Assembly: GCA_037481815.1 (NCBI GenBank)
Contig: JBBFKX010000002.1
Location: forward strand, 32,001-96,000
DNA from: a candidate division WOR-3 bacterium
GTDB lineage: Bacteria; Hydrothermota; 32-111
DNA length: 64,000 nucleotides
Reading direction: 5' to 3'
Positions 10,363 to 20,556 of this stretch are shown piece by piece. The position numbers were made by a program, and so were the translations under genes. The notes beneath the pieces were generated by a model. That model was given only the letters and a program-made list of their open reading frames with translations, was not told where the DNA came from and ran no database searches. Every line of letters begins with the position of its first letter. Within the stretch, counting starts at the first letter, position 1.

Positions 10363-10829
10363 AAATATTAAGGATAGATGACAGGTTGATCCATGGACAG
10401 ATAATCGCTGGATGGCTACCAAATCTTGGTATTTCAAACATTTTGCTTTTCAACGAATCTTTACCTTTAGATATGTTACAGATCTATAAAAATATGATAC
10501 CGGAAGATGTAAATCTCCAGATTATTGATATAAATCATATTGATATGATCCCTGATAAAAACTCTTCCATATACCTTTTTGAAAATATAAAAACCTTAAA
10601 AAATAATTTGAACAAACTTGAAAATATCAGTTTTGACATTTTTAATCTTGGTGGAATGAGGAACAAAGATAACAAACAAAAAATCTTGGATTTTATTTAT
10701 ATGGATGAAACAGATATAGAAGATTTCTTCGCTATAGTAAAAAGTTTGAAATTAAAAAAAATCAACGCTCAACAGTTGCCAACAACACAATCTTATGATA
10801 TAAAGAGAATTCTCGAAAGAAGGAGTTGA
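10359..10829 (+). CDS. PTS mannose/sorbose-family EIIB
   Basis: [13 protein letters not shown] signature, NLGGM. Confidence 0.85.
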   Translation: MKILRIDDRLIHGQIIAGWLPNLGISNILLFNESLPLDMLQIYKNMIPEDVNLQIIDINHIDMIPDKNSSIYLFENIKTLKNNLNKLENISFDIFNLGGMRNKDNKQKILDFIYMDETDIEDFFAIVKSLKLKKINAQQLPTTQSYDIKRILERRS

Positions 10830-10830
10830 G

Positions 10831-12501
10831 ATGAAAAAGAAAAATAGGACAAGAAGTTTACTGACAACTATAATCATCACAGTTATTCCCTTTTATGTTG
10901 CTTTCCTATTCATCATTCTTTTCTTTATCGAATACAGAAACATTTCACATCATAACAAAGATACTGAGGATTATTTTAGAAGTATAATGGATAACTATTC
11001 ATTTTCATCAGCAAATTACATCCAGAGAGATGATACAAATGGTATATTAATCATATTAAACAATTTTTTAAAAATGCCTGACTTTAAATTTGCTCTGGTT
11101 CTTGATTCAAACCTTCAAATATTCAACTATCTGAAGAGCGATAATAAAAATGAAATGATCATCTCAAAAGAAATCGCTAAAAATTCTATACAAGATCTGA
11201 AGATTTTAAAAGAGTTTAACAAAAATCTTCTAATCGATGTCTATTATTCACCTATATATTATGAAATGAACGGAGAAAGAAAACCTTTAGGTGTTCTCTG
11301 TGTCGGTTTATCAAGAGGTGAAAATGTAAATGCGATAATAAGTATACTCCTTCAGACATTTGCGATAATAGCGGTTTCGCTTATTCTATTTTTCCTGATT
11401 TTACTCCTTCTTTACAGAAGAATAAAAAATCCTATAGCGATGATAACACAGGAGATGAAACAGATAAATGAGGGAAAGGGTAATATAGAAAACCGTAAAA
11501 TAACCGTAGAAGCAGAGAGAGAAATAAATGAGTTGATCGAGGAGTTCAACAAGGTTCTTGATTTTCTTTATAATATAAAAAATAATGTTTCGATCATAAC
11601 AAACCAATTAAATGAACACATTGAACTTTTATCATCTTCATCTGAGGAACTAACCGCCTCATCGGAAGAAATCACTTCAACGATCCAGGAAATTTCTCAG
11701 AATTCCTCTGAACAGGCAAAAAAAATCGAAGAGGTTTTCCAGAAAACAGAATCAACAAAATCAAGTATAAACACATCTTTTGATAAAACAAAGATGAACG
11801 AGGAATTCTCTTCAAAGATTAACGAAGTCACAATCACAGGAAAAGAACTATCAAAAAAAGCTGTTGAAAAGATTGAAACAATCATAAACAGTTCGAATGA
11901 ACTTTATGAAAAAATAAAAGATATAAATGAAAAACAGGAAAAAATATCTATAATAACCGACACTATAGAATCGATAACCAACAGAACAAACATTTTATCA
12001 CTCAACGCATCGATTGAAGCTGCAAGAGCTGGAGAGTATGGAAAAGGATTTCAGGTTGTAGCAGAAGAGATAAGAAAACTTGCTGAAAAATCCCAAGAAT
12101 CTGCGTTGGCTATACATGGAATAATAAATGAAATCAAAAGTTCAATAGAAATACTCATAAATCAAAGTAGATCAAACGAATTTGTCCTTAACGAAGGGAA
12201 AGATGTAATCATGAATACATCCGAGGTTCTTGAAAATATAAGCAACAGCATATCTTCAATAACCGAAAACAATAAGAGCATCTCAAATGAAATTAAAAAT
12301 GTAAAAGCGATTATAGATGAGTTCAGTTTAACGATAAACGAGGTGGTAAAAATCTCCGAGACAAACGCTTCAGCAAGTGAGGAGATCGCTGCAAGTATAG
12401 AACAACAGGGAGCTTCAATAGAAGAGTTGGCTTCAAGTGCCCAACAACTTTATGAAATAATCGGAAAACTTAAAGATATAGTTAATAAGTTTCAGGGATG
12501 A
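10831..12501 (+). CDS. Methyl-accepting chemotaxis protein
   Basis: Two TM segments, HAMP-like linker, [31 protein letters not shown] hairpin, SEE/EQ methylation helices. Confidence 0.93.
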   Translation: MKKKNRTRSLLTTIIITVIPFYVAFLFIILFFIEYRNISHHNKDTEDYFRSIMDNYSFSSANYIQRDDTNGILIILNNFLKMPDFKFALVLDSNLQIFNYLKSDNKNEMIISKEIAKNSIQDLKILKEFNKNLLIDVYYSPIYYEMNGERKPLGVLCVGLSRGENVNAIISILLQTFAIIAVSLILFFLILLLLYRRIKNPIAMITQEMKQINEGKGNIENRKITVEAEREINELIEEFNKVLDFLYNIKNNVSIITNQLNEHIELLSSSSEELTASSEEITSTIQEISQNSSEQAKKIEEVFQKTESTKSSINTSFDKTKMNEEFSSKINEVTITGKELSKKAVEKIETIINSSNELYEKIKDINEKQEKISIITDTIESITNRTNILSLNASIEAARAGEYGKGFQVVAEEIRKLAEKSQESALAIHGIINEIKSSIEILINQSRSNEFVLNEGKDVIMNTSEVLENISNSISSITENNKSISNEIKNVKAIIDEFSLTINEVVKISETNASASEEIAASIEQQGASIEELASSAQQLYEIIGKLKDIVNKFQG

Positions 12502-12502
12502 A

Positions 12503-13078
12503 TCACAACCTTTGAAGGATCATCTTTGAAACAGCTTTGAGTGTTTCAAACACACCGATTCCCTGAGTTGCAACCGCTTCAAAATATGGTACATTCCAGG
12601 GATTCAACGCCTGTTGTAGATCCTCTATCGATGAAATATTCGGTAGATCCCTTTTGTTGTACTGCATTACAAATGGGATGTCTTCTATTTTAAGGTTATG
12701 CTCAGCAAGATTTTCAAGAAGATTGTCAACACTTTCTATGTTATCTTCAAACCTTTCAATCTGTGAATCAGCAACAAATACTATTCCATCAACTCCTTTA
12801 AGGATCAATTTTCTTGATGCGTTATAATAGATTTGCCCTGGCACGGTGTAAAGTTGAAATTTTGTTTTAAAACCTTTTACTGAGCCAATATCCATAGGTA
12901 AAAAATCAAAAAACAAAGTCCTGTCCATCTCTGTTGCAAGAGAGATCATCTTTCCTCTTGTCTCTGGACTTATCTTGTTGTATATCACTTTCAAATTTGT
13001 TGTTTTCCCTCCTAAACCTGTTCCATAGTAAACTATCTTAAATGTTATCTCTCTTGATGAGTAATTAATAACTGACAA
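12503..13078 (-). CDS. mglA: Small Ras-like GTPase MglA
   Basis: [39 protein letters not shown]; start reassigned to TTG 13078 after GGAGG. Confidence 0.93.
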   Translation of the reverse strand: MSVINYSSREITFKIVYYGTGLGGKTTNLKVIYNKISPETRGKMISLATEMDRTLFFDFLPMDIGSVKGFKTKFQLYTVPGQIYYNASRKLILKGVDGIVFVADSQIERFEDNIESVDNLLENLAEHNLKIEDIPFVMQYNKRDLPNISSIEDLQQALNPWNVPYFEAVATQGIGVFETLKAVSKMILQRL

Positions 13079-13092
13079 CTTTTCCTCCAATT

Positions 13093-13590
13093 TTACTTGA
13101 ACAGATCATCAAGTTCACTTTCTGCTGCCTTTTTGAAATCTTCGTTAAAAGTATCTTTCATTCTTTCTGTGTTACTGCTCAATTTAGCAAATATATTGTT
13201 GAAAATCCTTTCGAGTTCAGTAACAGTTGTTTTGATTCTTATTCTGATAAGTCCAAGGTTTGTGGTTTTACCAAAAATAACAACGAGGATTATTCTTGAT
13301 AGAATTATTGTTATATAAATATTTTCCTGTTTACCCTGATGAAAAAGTTCTGTAAACTCATCTTCACCTATAAGTAATGCAAGTTGACTCGTTGCTGCAA
13401 AATCTGCTGCTGCAAGTGAGCCAAACGAAACAAGGTCAAGGTTTGAAATATTTCCAACAGAAGTAATAAGTTGTCCTGCCTTGTCGACAAGAAGTAGTGC
13501 AGTTGCGTTTGTCGATGTTAAAAGTTTGTTTAATGAGTTATTTATATCCCAGAAATCTTGTTCAAATATGCTCAGATTTTCATAACTCAA
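13093..13590 (-). CDS. mglB: Roadblock/LC7 protein MglB (GAP)
   Basis: [40 protein letters not shown]; adjacent to mglA. Confidence 0.9.
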   Translation of the reverse strand: MSYENLSIFEQDFWDINNSLNKLLTSTNATALLLVDKAGQLITSVGNISNLDLVSFGSLAAADFAATSQLALLIGEDEFTELFHQGKQENIYITIILSRIILVVIFGKTTNLGLIRIRIKTTVTELERIFNNIFAKLSSNTERMKDTFNEDFKKAAESELDDLFK

Positions 13591-13598
13591 AAATCCTC

Positions 13599-14522
13599 CT
13601 ATCTATTTGAACATTCCTCTTTCTTCAAAAGGTTCTGATACTTTTCATTCAAAAATCTTCTTAACTCCTCAACAAGTTCAGGATTATTTTTAAGGTGTTT
13701 AAACCTTTGCTGTCTGAAAAGGAAATCCTCTAACGGTCTCTCTCTTTTTGGCTTAACATTCACCTTATATTTACCATTTTCATATTCATAAACATTCCAG
13801 AAATGTGTTGAAACAGCAAGTTCTGCAAGTTCAACTGTTTCAGATGGCTCTGAGCCCCAACCAAGTGGACATGGGGAAAGAACATCTATGAACGATGGAC
13901 CATCAACTTTTAAAGCTTTTTTTACTTTTTCAACAAAATCGTTCCAATAAAAAATAGATGCCTGTGCTACATAAGGAATATTGTGTGCGATCATGATTTC
14001 TGTAAGATCCTTTCTGTGTTGCATTTTTCCTTTGATACTTTTTCCAGCAGGACTTGTGGTGGTGTTTGCTCCAAAAGGTGTTGCTGAAGATCTCTGGATA
14101 CCTGTGTTCATATATGCACCGTTATCATAACACACATACAAAAGTTTATGCCCTCTTTCCATCGCACCTGATAAAGATTGTAAACCGATATCATAGGTCC
14201 CACCATCACCACCAAAAGCGATTATGTTTATATCCTTGTTAATCTTCCCTTTTTTCTTTAAAGCTCTGTACGCACTTTCGATTCCACTCGCTGTTGCTGC
14301 TGAATTTTCAAAAGCGTTATGCATAAAAGGAACCTTCCACGATGAATATGGGTATATCGTTGAAACTACCTCCATACATCCGGTTGCTCCAACAAAAACC
14401 GTATTCTCACCTGCCGCAGCAGCGATAAGTCTTAAAATTATTGTTCCCCCACACCCAGCACATGCTCTATGTCCCGGGGTGAACAGATTGCCTTTACTTG
14501 CTAACTCTTTTATATTTGCCAT
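13599..14522 (-). CDS. porB: Pyruvate/2-oxoacid:ferredoxin oxidoreductase beta subunit
   Basis: GHRACAGCG, ATGC, GGDGGTYDIG, DNGAYMNTGIQRS, SPCPLGW. Confidence 0.93.
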   Translation of the reverse strand: MANIKELASKGNLFTPGHRACAGCGGTIILRLIAAAAGENTVFVGATGCMEVVSTIYPYSSWKVPFMHNAFENSAATASGIESAYRALKKKGKINKDINIIAFGGDGGTYDIGLQSLSGAMERGHKLLYVCYDNGAYMNTGIQRSSATPFGANTTTSPAGKSIKGKMQHRKDLTEIMIAHNIPYVAQASIFYWNDFVEKVKKALKVDGPSFIDVLSPCPLGWGSEPSETVELAELAVSTHFWNVYEYENGKYKVNVKPKRERPLEDFLFRQQRFKHLKNNPELVEELRRFLNEKYQNLLKKEECSNR

Positions 14523-14531
14523 TTTTTACTC

Positions 14532-15707
14532 CTACTCTCTAACAGTTATATATCTGACAGGATCACCTTTACCATTCTTTTCAGTGAAATCTTTAATATC
14601 ATAAAAAACTTTTTCGATATCATCAACATCAATATCCCTTCCCCCAAGGCCATAAACATAATCTCTCAAAATTGGCTTTGATGAGGAAATATACAAAGCA
14701 GATTTGATATCGTTGAAAAGATGCCCACCGGTTCCTGAGAACATATCACTCCTATCAAAAACAGCACAACCTTTAATATTTTTTAAAGATTCAATTATAT
14801 CTTCCTCAAAGAATGGTCTATAGAATCTTATTTTTAATGATCCAACTTTATGACCATCTTTTCTTAGTTTATCAACAACATATCTTATCGTTCCAGCTGT
14901 TGAACCAAGAGCAACAAGACAATACTCAGCATCATCCATCATATATTTTTCAACAACATTATAATTTCTTTTCATGTTTTTGTTAAAATCTTTCAGAATC
15001 TCTTTTATCTTAGTTTTAGATTCTCTTATAAAGTTTGCCTGCTGGACCTTCACTTCCATATAATAATCCTGTAAAGCAAGAGGCCCGACGGTTATGGGAT
15101 TATCAACATCAAGAATATTGTACGGTGTCTTTGGTTCGCCAAGGTATTTTTTTACCTCCTCATCATCATACATCTCAACTCTTTGCATAGCATGGGAGAT
15201 TATGAAACCATCTGTTGTAACCATCGATGGAAGAAAAAGATTTTCAGAAATTTTTACAGCCAGAATCGTTTGATCGTAAGCCTCCTGTGGATCTTCTGAA
15301 AAAATCTGTATCCAGCCAGCATCCCTTGAAGCCATTGTATCAGAATGATCACAGTGTATGTTTATTGGAGCGGATAATGCTCTGTTGACTTCACATATTA
15401 CTATTGGCAACCTTAAACCACCTGCTATAAATAGAATTTCATGCATAAGAGCAAGTCCCTGCGATGAAGTCCCTGTCATAACTCTTGCCCCAGCTGCCGA
15501 TGCACCAACACAGGCTGAAATCGCTGAATGTTCAGATTCTGTTGGAACAAAAACTGTATCAACTTCTCCGTTATTAACAAAGGAAGAAAATATTTGAACT
15601 ATTTCCGTAGCAGGGGTTATTGGATATGCAGCGACAACATCAGGATTTATCTGTCTCATCGCTTCAGCCATAGCTTCATTACCCGTTTTTGCAACTATTT
15701 TTGACAT
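14532..15707 (-). CDS. porA: Pyruvate/2-oxoacid:ferredoxin oxidoreductase alpha subunit
   Basis: AYPITP, ESEHSA, TSSQGL, NRALSAP, YGLGGRD. Confidence 0.93.
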   Translation of the reverse strand: MSKIVAKTGNEAMAEAMRQINPDVVAAYPITPATEIVQIFSSFVNNGEVDTVFVPTESEHSAISACVGASAAGARVMTGTSSQGLALMHEILFIAGGLRLPIVICEVNRALSAPINIHCDHSDTMASRDAGWIQIFSEDPQEAYDQTILAVKISENLFLPSMVTTDGFIISHAMQRVEMYDDEEVKKYLGEPKTPYNILDVDNPITVGPLALQDYYMEVKVQQANFIRESKTKIKEILKDFNKNMKRNYNVVEKYMMDDAEYCLVALGSTAGTIRYVVDKLRKDGHKVGSLKIRFYRPFFEEDIIESLKNIKGCAVFDRSDMFSGTGGHLFNDIKSALYISSSKPILRDYVYGLGGRDIDVDDIEKVFYDIKDFTEKNGKGDPVRYITVRE

Positions 15708-15725
15708 TTTATTTCTCCTTATAAA

Positions 15726-16001
15726 TCATTTCTCTTCTTTTATCATATCGATAGCATCAAAAGGACAAACCTTACTACAGATACCACAACCTTTGCAGTG
15801 ATCATAATCTATTCCTATCATTTTTCCATCTTTTATTATAATCGATGAATCAGGACAAAAAAGCCAGCACTGTAAACACTGTTTACATTTGTCACTCTTA
15901 TACAAAGGTTTTTCAGATCTCCAGTCACCAGTTTTGAATTCTTCCGCTGTTCCACCTTTTACTATAAGAGCTATATCAACTTCTTTCCAATTTTTTTTCA
16001 T
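15726..16001 (-). CDS. porD: Pyruvate:ferredoxin oxidoreductase delta subunit (2x[4Fe-4S])
   Basis: KTGDWR, CKQCLQCWLFCP, CKGCGICSKVCP. Confidence 0.93.
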   Translation of the reverse strand: MKKNWKEVDIALIVKGGTAEEFKTGDWRSEKPLYKSDKCKQCLQCWLFCPDSSIIIKDGKMIGIDYDHCKGCGICSKVCPFDAIDMIKEEK

Positions 16002-16579
16002 TCTGAAACAACCTCCTCATAAGCCCTTTTTATGGATTTGATGTTTCCATCAACAACTTCGGGCTTATTTGCAAATTTCTTTTTCAATTTCTCTTCAGTA
16101 TCTTTTAACATTCTTTCAAAATCAAGAATTTTTGTCACCTTAACCAATGCCCCAAACATGGGTGTGTTAGGTTTATTTGCACCTATTTCTTCCAGAGAAA
16201 TTTTTGAAGCATCAACAGTATAGATTTTTATATTCTTATTGATCTTATATTTCTCTCTTATCTCTGATGGTTTTTTTACAGTGTTAACTATAAGTATTCC
16301 ACCATCTTCCATTCCAGAAGTGGTATCAACTGTATCCATAAGCGATTGATCAAGAACCACAACAACATCGGGATTTTTGATCGGGGAATGTATCGTTATC
16401 TCTTTGTCGGACAACCTGTTAAAAGATTGAACCGGTGCTCCCATTCTTTCAGGTCCATACTCTGGAAAAGCCTGGATATATTTACCTGTAGCCAGAGCTG
16501 AATCTGCAAAAAGAAGTGCAACAGTTTTTGCTCCCTGACCACCACGTCCATGCCATCTGATCTCAAAAAAATCTTTCAT
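15998..16579 (-). CDS. porC: Pyruvate:ferredoxin oxidoreductase gamma subunit
   Basis: EIRWHGRGGQGAKT, FPEYGPERMGAP, PNTPMFGA; SD GGAGG. Confidence 0.93.
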   Translation of the reverse strand: MKDFFEIRWHGRGGQGAKTVALLFADSALATGKYIQAFPEYGPERMGAPVQSFNRLSDKEITIHSPIKNPDVVVVLDQSLMDTVDTTSGMEDGGILIVNTVKKPSEIREKYKINKNIKIYTVDASKISLEEIGANKPNTPMFGALVKVTKILDFERMLKDTEEKLKKKFANKPEVVDGNIKSIKRAYEEVVSE

Positions 16580-16607
16580 CGTTTAACCTCCGATTCATTA
16601 AAACTAT

Positions 16608-16635
16608 ATTATATTTTAACTCTTTTTAAAGTCAA
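16608..16635 (-). promoter_or_regulatory. Promoter of porCDAB-mglBA
   Basis: Minus strand TTGACT(16635-16630)-16bp-TATAAT(16613-16608). Confidence 0.75.
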
Positions 16636-16652
16636 GAAAATTTTCTTTTCTA

Positions 16653-16680
16653 TTGATTTATTGCTTAAAACAATTAAACT
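16653..16680 (+). promoter_or_regulatory. Promoter of rlmN, probably leaderless
   Basis: TTGATT(16653-16658)-16bp-TAAACT(16675-16680)-7nt-ATG 16688; no SD. Confidence 0.6.
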
Positions 16681-16687
16681 ATCATTT

Positions 16688-17707
16688 ATGGAATCTATAT
16701 ATAACTATACTTTAACAAAGTTGAAAGAAGATCTTGAAAAAAAAGGATTTAAACCTTTTCGAGCTGAACAGATCTACAAATGGTTATATTGTAAAAAAAT
16801 CAACGATTTTACAAAAATGACAGATATCTCTTTAAAAGAGAGAGAGATTTTAGAAAAAATCTATGATCTCTCTTTATTTAAAAACTTCTTAGAGTTCATT
16901 TCAAAAGTTGATAGAACAAAAAAATATCTTTTCAATCTCTCAGAAAATGAGAGTATTGAAACTGTTCTTATGAAAGAAGGTAAAAGGACAACCATCTGTT
17001 TATCTTCACAAACAGGTTGTCCATTAAAATGCAGATTCTGTGCTACAGGGAAAAAAAGTGGTAGAAATCTTTCAATTGAGGAGATTGTAAAACAGTTTAC
17101 AACAATCTACTATTTAAACCCTGAAAGGATTACCAACATAGTTTTTATGGGTATGGGAGAACCTCTTTTGAACCTTTCAAACATTTTTGAAACGATAAAA
17201 ATTTTTAACGAAGAAAAAGGTATTAAAATCGGGGCAAGGAAGATTACAATTTCGACTGCGGGAATAGTTGAAGGGATTGAAAGGATCATTGAATTTCCGC
17301 TACAGGTTAAACTTGCCGTTTCTTTGAACAGTGCAATAAAAGAAAAGAGAGAATATCTTATGCCCATAACAAAAACAAACAGCATCTCTGCATTGAAAAA
17401 AGTGTTAAAAAAATATCAGGAAATCAAAAAAAAGAGGATCACTTTTGAATATATAATCATTCCAGGATTCAACGATAGCGAAGAGGATATAAAACAACTT
17501 TTAAAATTTCTTTCAGAATTCGACTGTAAACTCAACCTAATTCCCTACAACAAGACGGGTGGAGAGTTCAGAGAACCAACAGAAAAGGAAATAAAAAATT
17601 TCTTTGAAAAGGTTTCTGTTCTCAAAGATGCAGTATCTATCAGAAAAAGCAAAGGCAAAGATATTTCAGGCGCATGTGGACAGTTAAAAGGGAAATTCAT
17701 TTCTTAA
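16688..17707 (+). CDS. rlmN: 23S rRNA m2A2503/tRNA radical-SAM methyltransferase
   Basis: CLSSQTGCPLKCRFC, MGMGEP, ISTAG, ISGACGQL; start moved to 16688 because the longer ORF overlaps porC and its promoter. Confidence 0.92.
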   Translation: MESIYNYTLTKLKEDLEKKGFKPFRAEQIYKWLYCKKINDFTKMTDISLKEREILEKIYDLSLFKNFLEFISKVDRTKKYLFNLSENESIETVLMKEGKRTTICLSSQTGCPLKCRFCATGKKSGRNLSIEEIVKQFTTIYYLNPERITNIVFMGMGEPLLNLSNIFETIKIFNEEKGIKIGARKITISTAGIVEGIERIIEFPLQVKLAVSLNSAIKEKREYLMPITKTNSISALKKVLKKYQEIKKKRITFEYIIIPGFNDSEEDIKQLLKFLSEFDCKLNLIPYNKTGGEFREPTEKEIKNFFEKVSVLKDAVSIRKSKGKDISGACGQLKGKFIS

Positions 17708-18212
17708 ACAGAGGATACTTTTTAAAACCTAAAATAGAAGATATAAGATTATAAGGGAACTGTTCGATCTTTGTGTTGAAATTTGTAACACACCAATTAT
17801 AACTTTCCCTTCTATCAGCTATATGGTTTTCTATCGTTGTTATCCTTTTTTGAAGGTTCAGAAAATTTTCATTCGCTTTAAGGTCTGGATATTTTTCTGC
17901 CAATGCAAAAAGTTTTTTTGTTTCTTTACTTAAAGCATTATCAAATTTTGATTTTTCACTTATTTCCATATCATCAGAATAACCACTTCGGATTTTGATA
18001 ACCTTTGCAAGAGTTTCCTGTTCATAGGAAGCATAACCTTTTACAACTTCAATAAGGTTTGTTAACTCATCATTCCTTTGCTTTAAAAGAACATCAATAT
18101 TTGAAAGTGATTGAAATATTCTATTTTTTAAAAATATCAGATCGTTGTAAAGGATTATAAAAATTGTCAAAAGGAAAAACAAAAAAAACAAAAAAATTAT
18201 CATAAAAATCAT
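17697..18212 (-). CDS. lemA: LemA family protein
   Basis: N-terminal TM, NIDVLLKQR, AEKYPDLKANENF, RRESYN, QFPYNLI. Confidence 0.92.
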   Translation of the reverse strand: MIFMIIFLFFLFFLLTIFIILYNDLIFLKNRIFQSLSNIDVLLKQRNDELTNLIEVVKGYASYEQETLAKVIKIRSGYSDDMEISEKSKFDNALSKETKKLFALAEKYPDLKANENFLNLQKRITTIENHIADRRESYNWCVTNFNTKIEQFPYNLISSILGFKKYPLFKK

Positions 18213-19918
18213 TAAAAACCTCCAATTAAAAAAATTAATATAATTAATAAAATAACCATTATAAAAGACGATATTAGAAAAATGTTAGAATACTTTAAGA
18301 ATGTTCTTTCACTGAAATCTGAAATAAAAAGTATTTTATCATCTTTAGAATATACCAGTTCAAGATTTTCATTTTCTTTTCTTTCCATTAATTTTTTATC
18401 GAAATCTTTTTCCATACTGATTTTTGCTATCTCCCATTCATCACTGTCTATTTGCTCATCTTTGTTAAGGTCAAAGTTTTTCATATAGTCATGGTCCAAT
18501 TTTTTTTCTTTAATAAATTCATTTTTCTCTTTCATATAATCTTTGTTCACAACAGAACCAACAACAAAAACTTCACTCATAACAGGTAAAATCTCTTCTT
18601 CGTATTTTACTTCACCAACATCTTCTGTTGAAAAAAATTTATAAAATGTCTTCGTATAAACCGTTTTATTCTTTAGATTGAATGTGGCATTTTCTGTTTT
18701 CACAGATATCCTGTTCCCGTGTTCATCCTGTACAATAAATTTTTCTGGCAGATACTCTCCAATATGTTCGAGTTGCCATTTTGTTTTTCCCTCACTATCC
18801 TTTACTTTTCTAAATTTTTTGTACTGAAAATACACACATTTTGTTCCTGAAATTGGGGATGGGATTGCATACTCATCGGTTATAAAACCCTTTATTTCAT
18901 TTATCCCAACACTGATCGATTCAATTTTTGAAAATGGTATCGATTCAAGAAAAACTTTAAGTTTGAAAACTTTCACAAATGAAATAAAATAATAGAAAAT
19001 CCCACCAAGAAAAATATAGGAAAGCAGGTTGATTTTACCTATTCTGAAAAGTATTAGAAAACTAAAAAAAATTATTCCAAAAGGTATAAAAAAAGTTTCC
19101 AGCAGATTAAATTTGTTTACAGGGATCCTTTTTTTCTTAAAAATCAGATCATTTGGTTTATAGATATTATATTTAAAATCATATACAAGGTTATTATAAT
19201 CCTTCGTTTTTTTTCTATCAACATATTTTTGGTCATATTCAAAAGAATAAATCCCTTCTTCAAAAAGCAAAGATGAAATCATTGAATATGTTTTTAAATC
19301 AAAAAAAAGTTCTTCAACAAAATTTTCAGAGTAGTTCAAATCTTCATAAAAGACCGAAGAAAAATTTTTTAAGGATTCATAAAATTTAAAAAAATTTTCA
19401 CTTTTCGAATACTTTGAAAAATTTTTAAGATTTGTATAATTTATCCTTTCCTGCTCAAATTTCAAAAGTATATTTTTTTCATGGGAATACAAGTAGAATT
19501 CAAAATTTGACTGTAACAGTAGTTTTTTTAAATTAACATTTTCAATTCTTGTTTTATCAATTCCAGCCAAAAAAAGCAACCTATCATTTTTAGAGATTGT
19601 TATCTCACCTTTTTCAGTAAAAAATTTATATGCCTGTTCATCATACCTAAAAGTGGACACATCTGCAACCTTTATAGATGAGATATCATGATCTGAAAGT
19701 ACAACAGATTTAATATTAATGGAATTCAGTAAATCTTTAATCTTTTCTAACTCTTCCTTATTTTCAGATCTTTTTAATACAGCCCAACCTTTTCCAATAA
19801 ATTTCTGTTTTAGGGTATAAACATCGATTTTGGTAGTATGAAAAATTTGTTCAAAAAATTCTTTGTCAACGGATTCTGTTCTATCAAAGATACATTTTAT
19901 AAAAAGTTTAAACTCCAT
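18212..19918 (-). CDS. Membrane protein with GIDE-like domain and EF-hand loop
   Basis: Two central TM segments, ESIPFSKIESI..G..EIKG, SPISGTKCVYF, DLNKDEQIDSDEW, C-terminal TM; coupled to lemA. Confidence 0.65.
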   Translation of the reverse strand: MEFKLFIKCIFDRTESVDKEFFEQIFHTTKIDVYTLKQKFIGKGWAVLKRSENKEELEKIKDLLNSINIKSVVLSDHDISSIKVADVSTFRYDEQAYKFFTEKGEITISKNDRLLFLAGIDKTRIENVNLKKLLLQSNFEFYLYSHEKNILLKFEQERINYTNLKNFSKYSKSENFFKFYESLKNFSSVFYEDLNYSENFVEELFFDLKTYSMISSLLFEEGIYSFEYDQKYVDRKKTKDYNNLVYDFKYNIYKPNDLIFKKKRIPVNKFNLLETFFIPFGIIFFSFLILFRIGKINLLSYIFLGGIFYYFISFVKVFKLKVFLESIPFSKIESISVGINEIKGFITDEYAIPSPISGTKCVYFQYKKFRKVKDSEGKTKWQLEHIGEYLPEKFIVQDEHGNRISVKTENATFNLKNKTVYTKTFYKFFSTEDVGEVKYEEEILPVMSEVFVVGSVVNKDYMKEKNEFIKEKKLDHDYMKNFDLNKDEQIDSDEWEIAKISMEKDFDKKLMERKENENLELVYSKDDKILFISDFSERTFLKYSNIFLISSFIMVILLIILIFLIGGF

Positions 19919-19924
19919 CTTTTG

Positions 19925-19952
19925 ATTATATAATTATCTAAACCAATTTCAA
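19925..19952 (-). promoter_or_regulatory. Promoter of GIDE-lemA, probably leaderless
   Basis: TTGAAA(19952-19947)-16bp-TATAAT(19930-19925)-6nt-ATG 19918. Confidence 0.7.
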
Positions 19953-19955
19953 TAC

Positions 19956-19983
19956 TTGAACATTCTTTTTTAAAATATATAAT
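19956..19983 (+). promoter_or_regulatory. Promoter of CYTH-neuB, probably leaderless
   Basis: TTGAAC(19956-19961)-16bp-TATAAT(19978-19983)-6nt-ATG 19990. Confidence 0.7.
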
Positions 19984-19989
19984 TTTAGG

Positions 19990-20556
19990 ATGTATAAAAA
20001 AGAGATTGAAAGAAGGTTTCTTGTTATCGATAAAAACTATTCTAAAAAGATATCATTTTTTAACAGGAAAAGAATAATTCAGGGATACTATAGGTCCGAG
20101 GATTTAAAAAAAATAAAAGGTGTTGATGAAATTTTAAAAAAAAATCCTGAATTTATAAATAAAATCGTTAGAATAAGAATTGAAAATAAAAGAGATATCT
20201 TTTTTACACTAAAAAAAGGTGAAGGAATTGAAAGGGATGAATTTGAAATAAAACTTGATTTCGATGAAAAAATTTACAAATTTATGAAAAGTGATAAAAA
20301 AGTTCTGTCAAAAATAAGAGGAGAATTTTTCATTGAAGGATATAAAGCAATTTTAGACAGATATACCAAAAGATACAGAGGGATTGAAATAGTTGAAATC
20401 GAATTTAAAACCGAACCCGAAGCAAAAAAGTTTCAACCTTCAAAAAGCTTAGTCGAGATAACCAATCTTAATGAGTTATCAAATATGAGTCTCTATTTTA
20501 AGGATGAAAAAGAAATAATTAAAAAAGTTGAGGAGAATTATGGTTATAAAAATTAA
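19990..20556 (+). CDS. CYTH/triphosphate tunnel metalloenzyme
   Basis: EIERRFL, IIQGY, VRIR, FTLK, RDEFE, VEIEF. Confidence 0.85.
   Translation: MYKKEIERRFLVIDKNYSKKISFFNRKRIIQGYYRSEDLKKIKGVDEILKKNPEFINKIVRIRIENKRDIFFTLKKGEGIERDEFEIKLDFDEKIYKFMKSDKKVLSKIRGEFFIEGYKAILDRYTKRYRGIEIVEIEFKTEPEAKKFQPSKSLVEITNLNELSNMSLYFKDEKEIIKKVEENYGYKN

Noticed and set aside
16550..16687. N-terminal extensions in the ORF track (rlmN, also degP, pglF-like, dapL, dapF, mglA)
   Set aside because: They run across promoters or neighbouring genes; downstream starts have SD or leaderless signals and match family N-termini.
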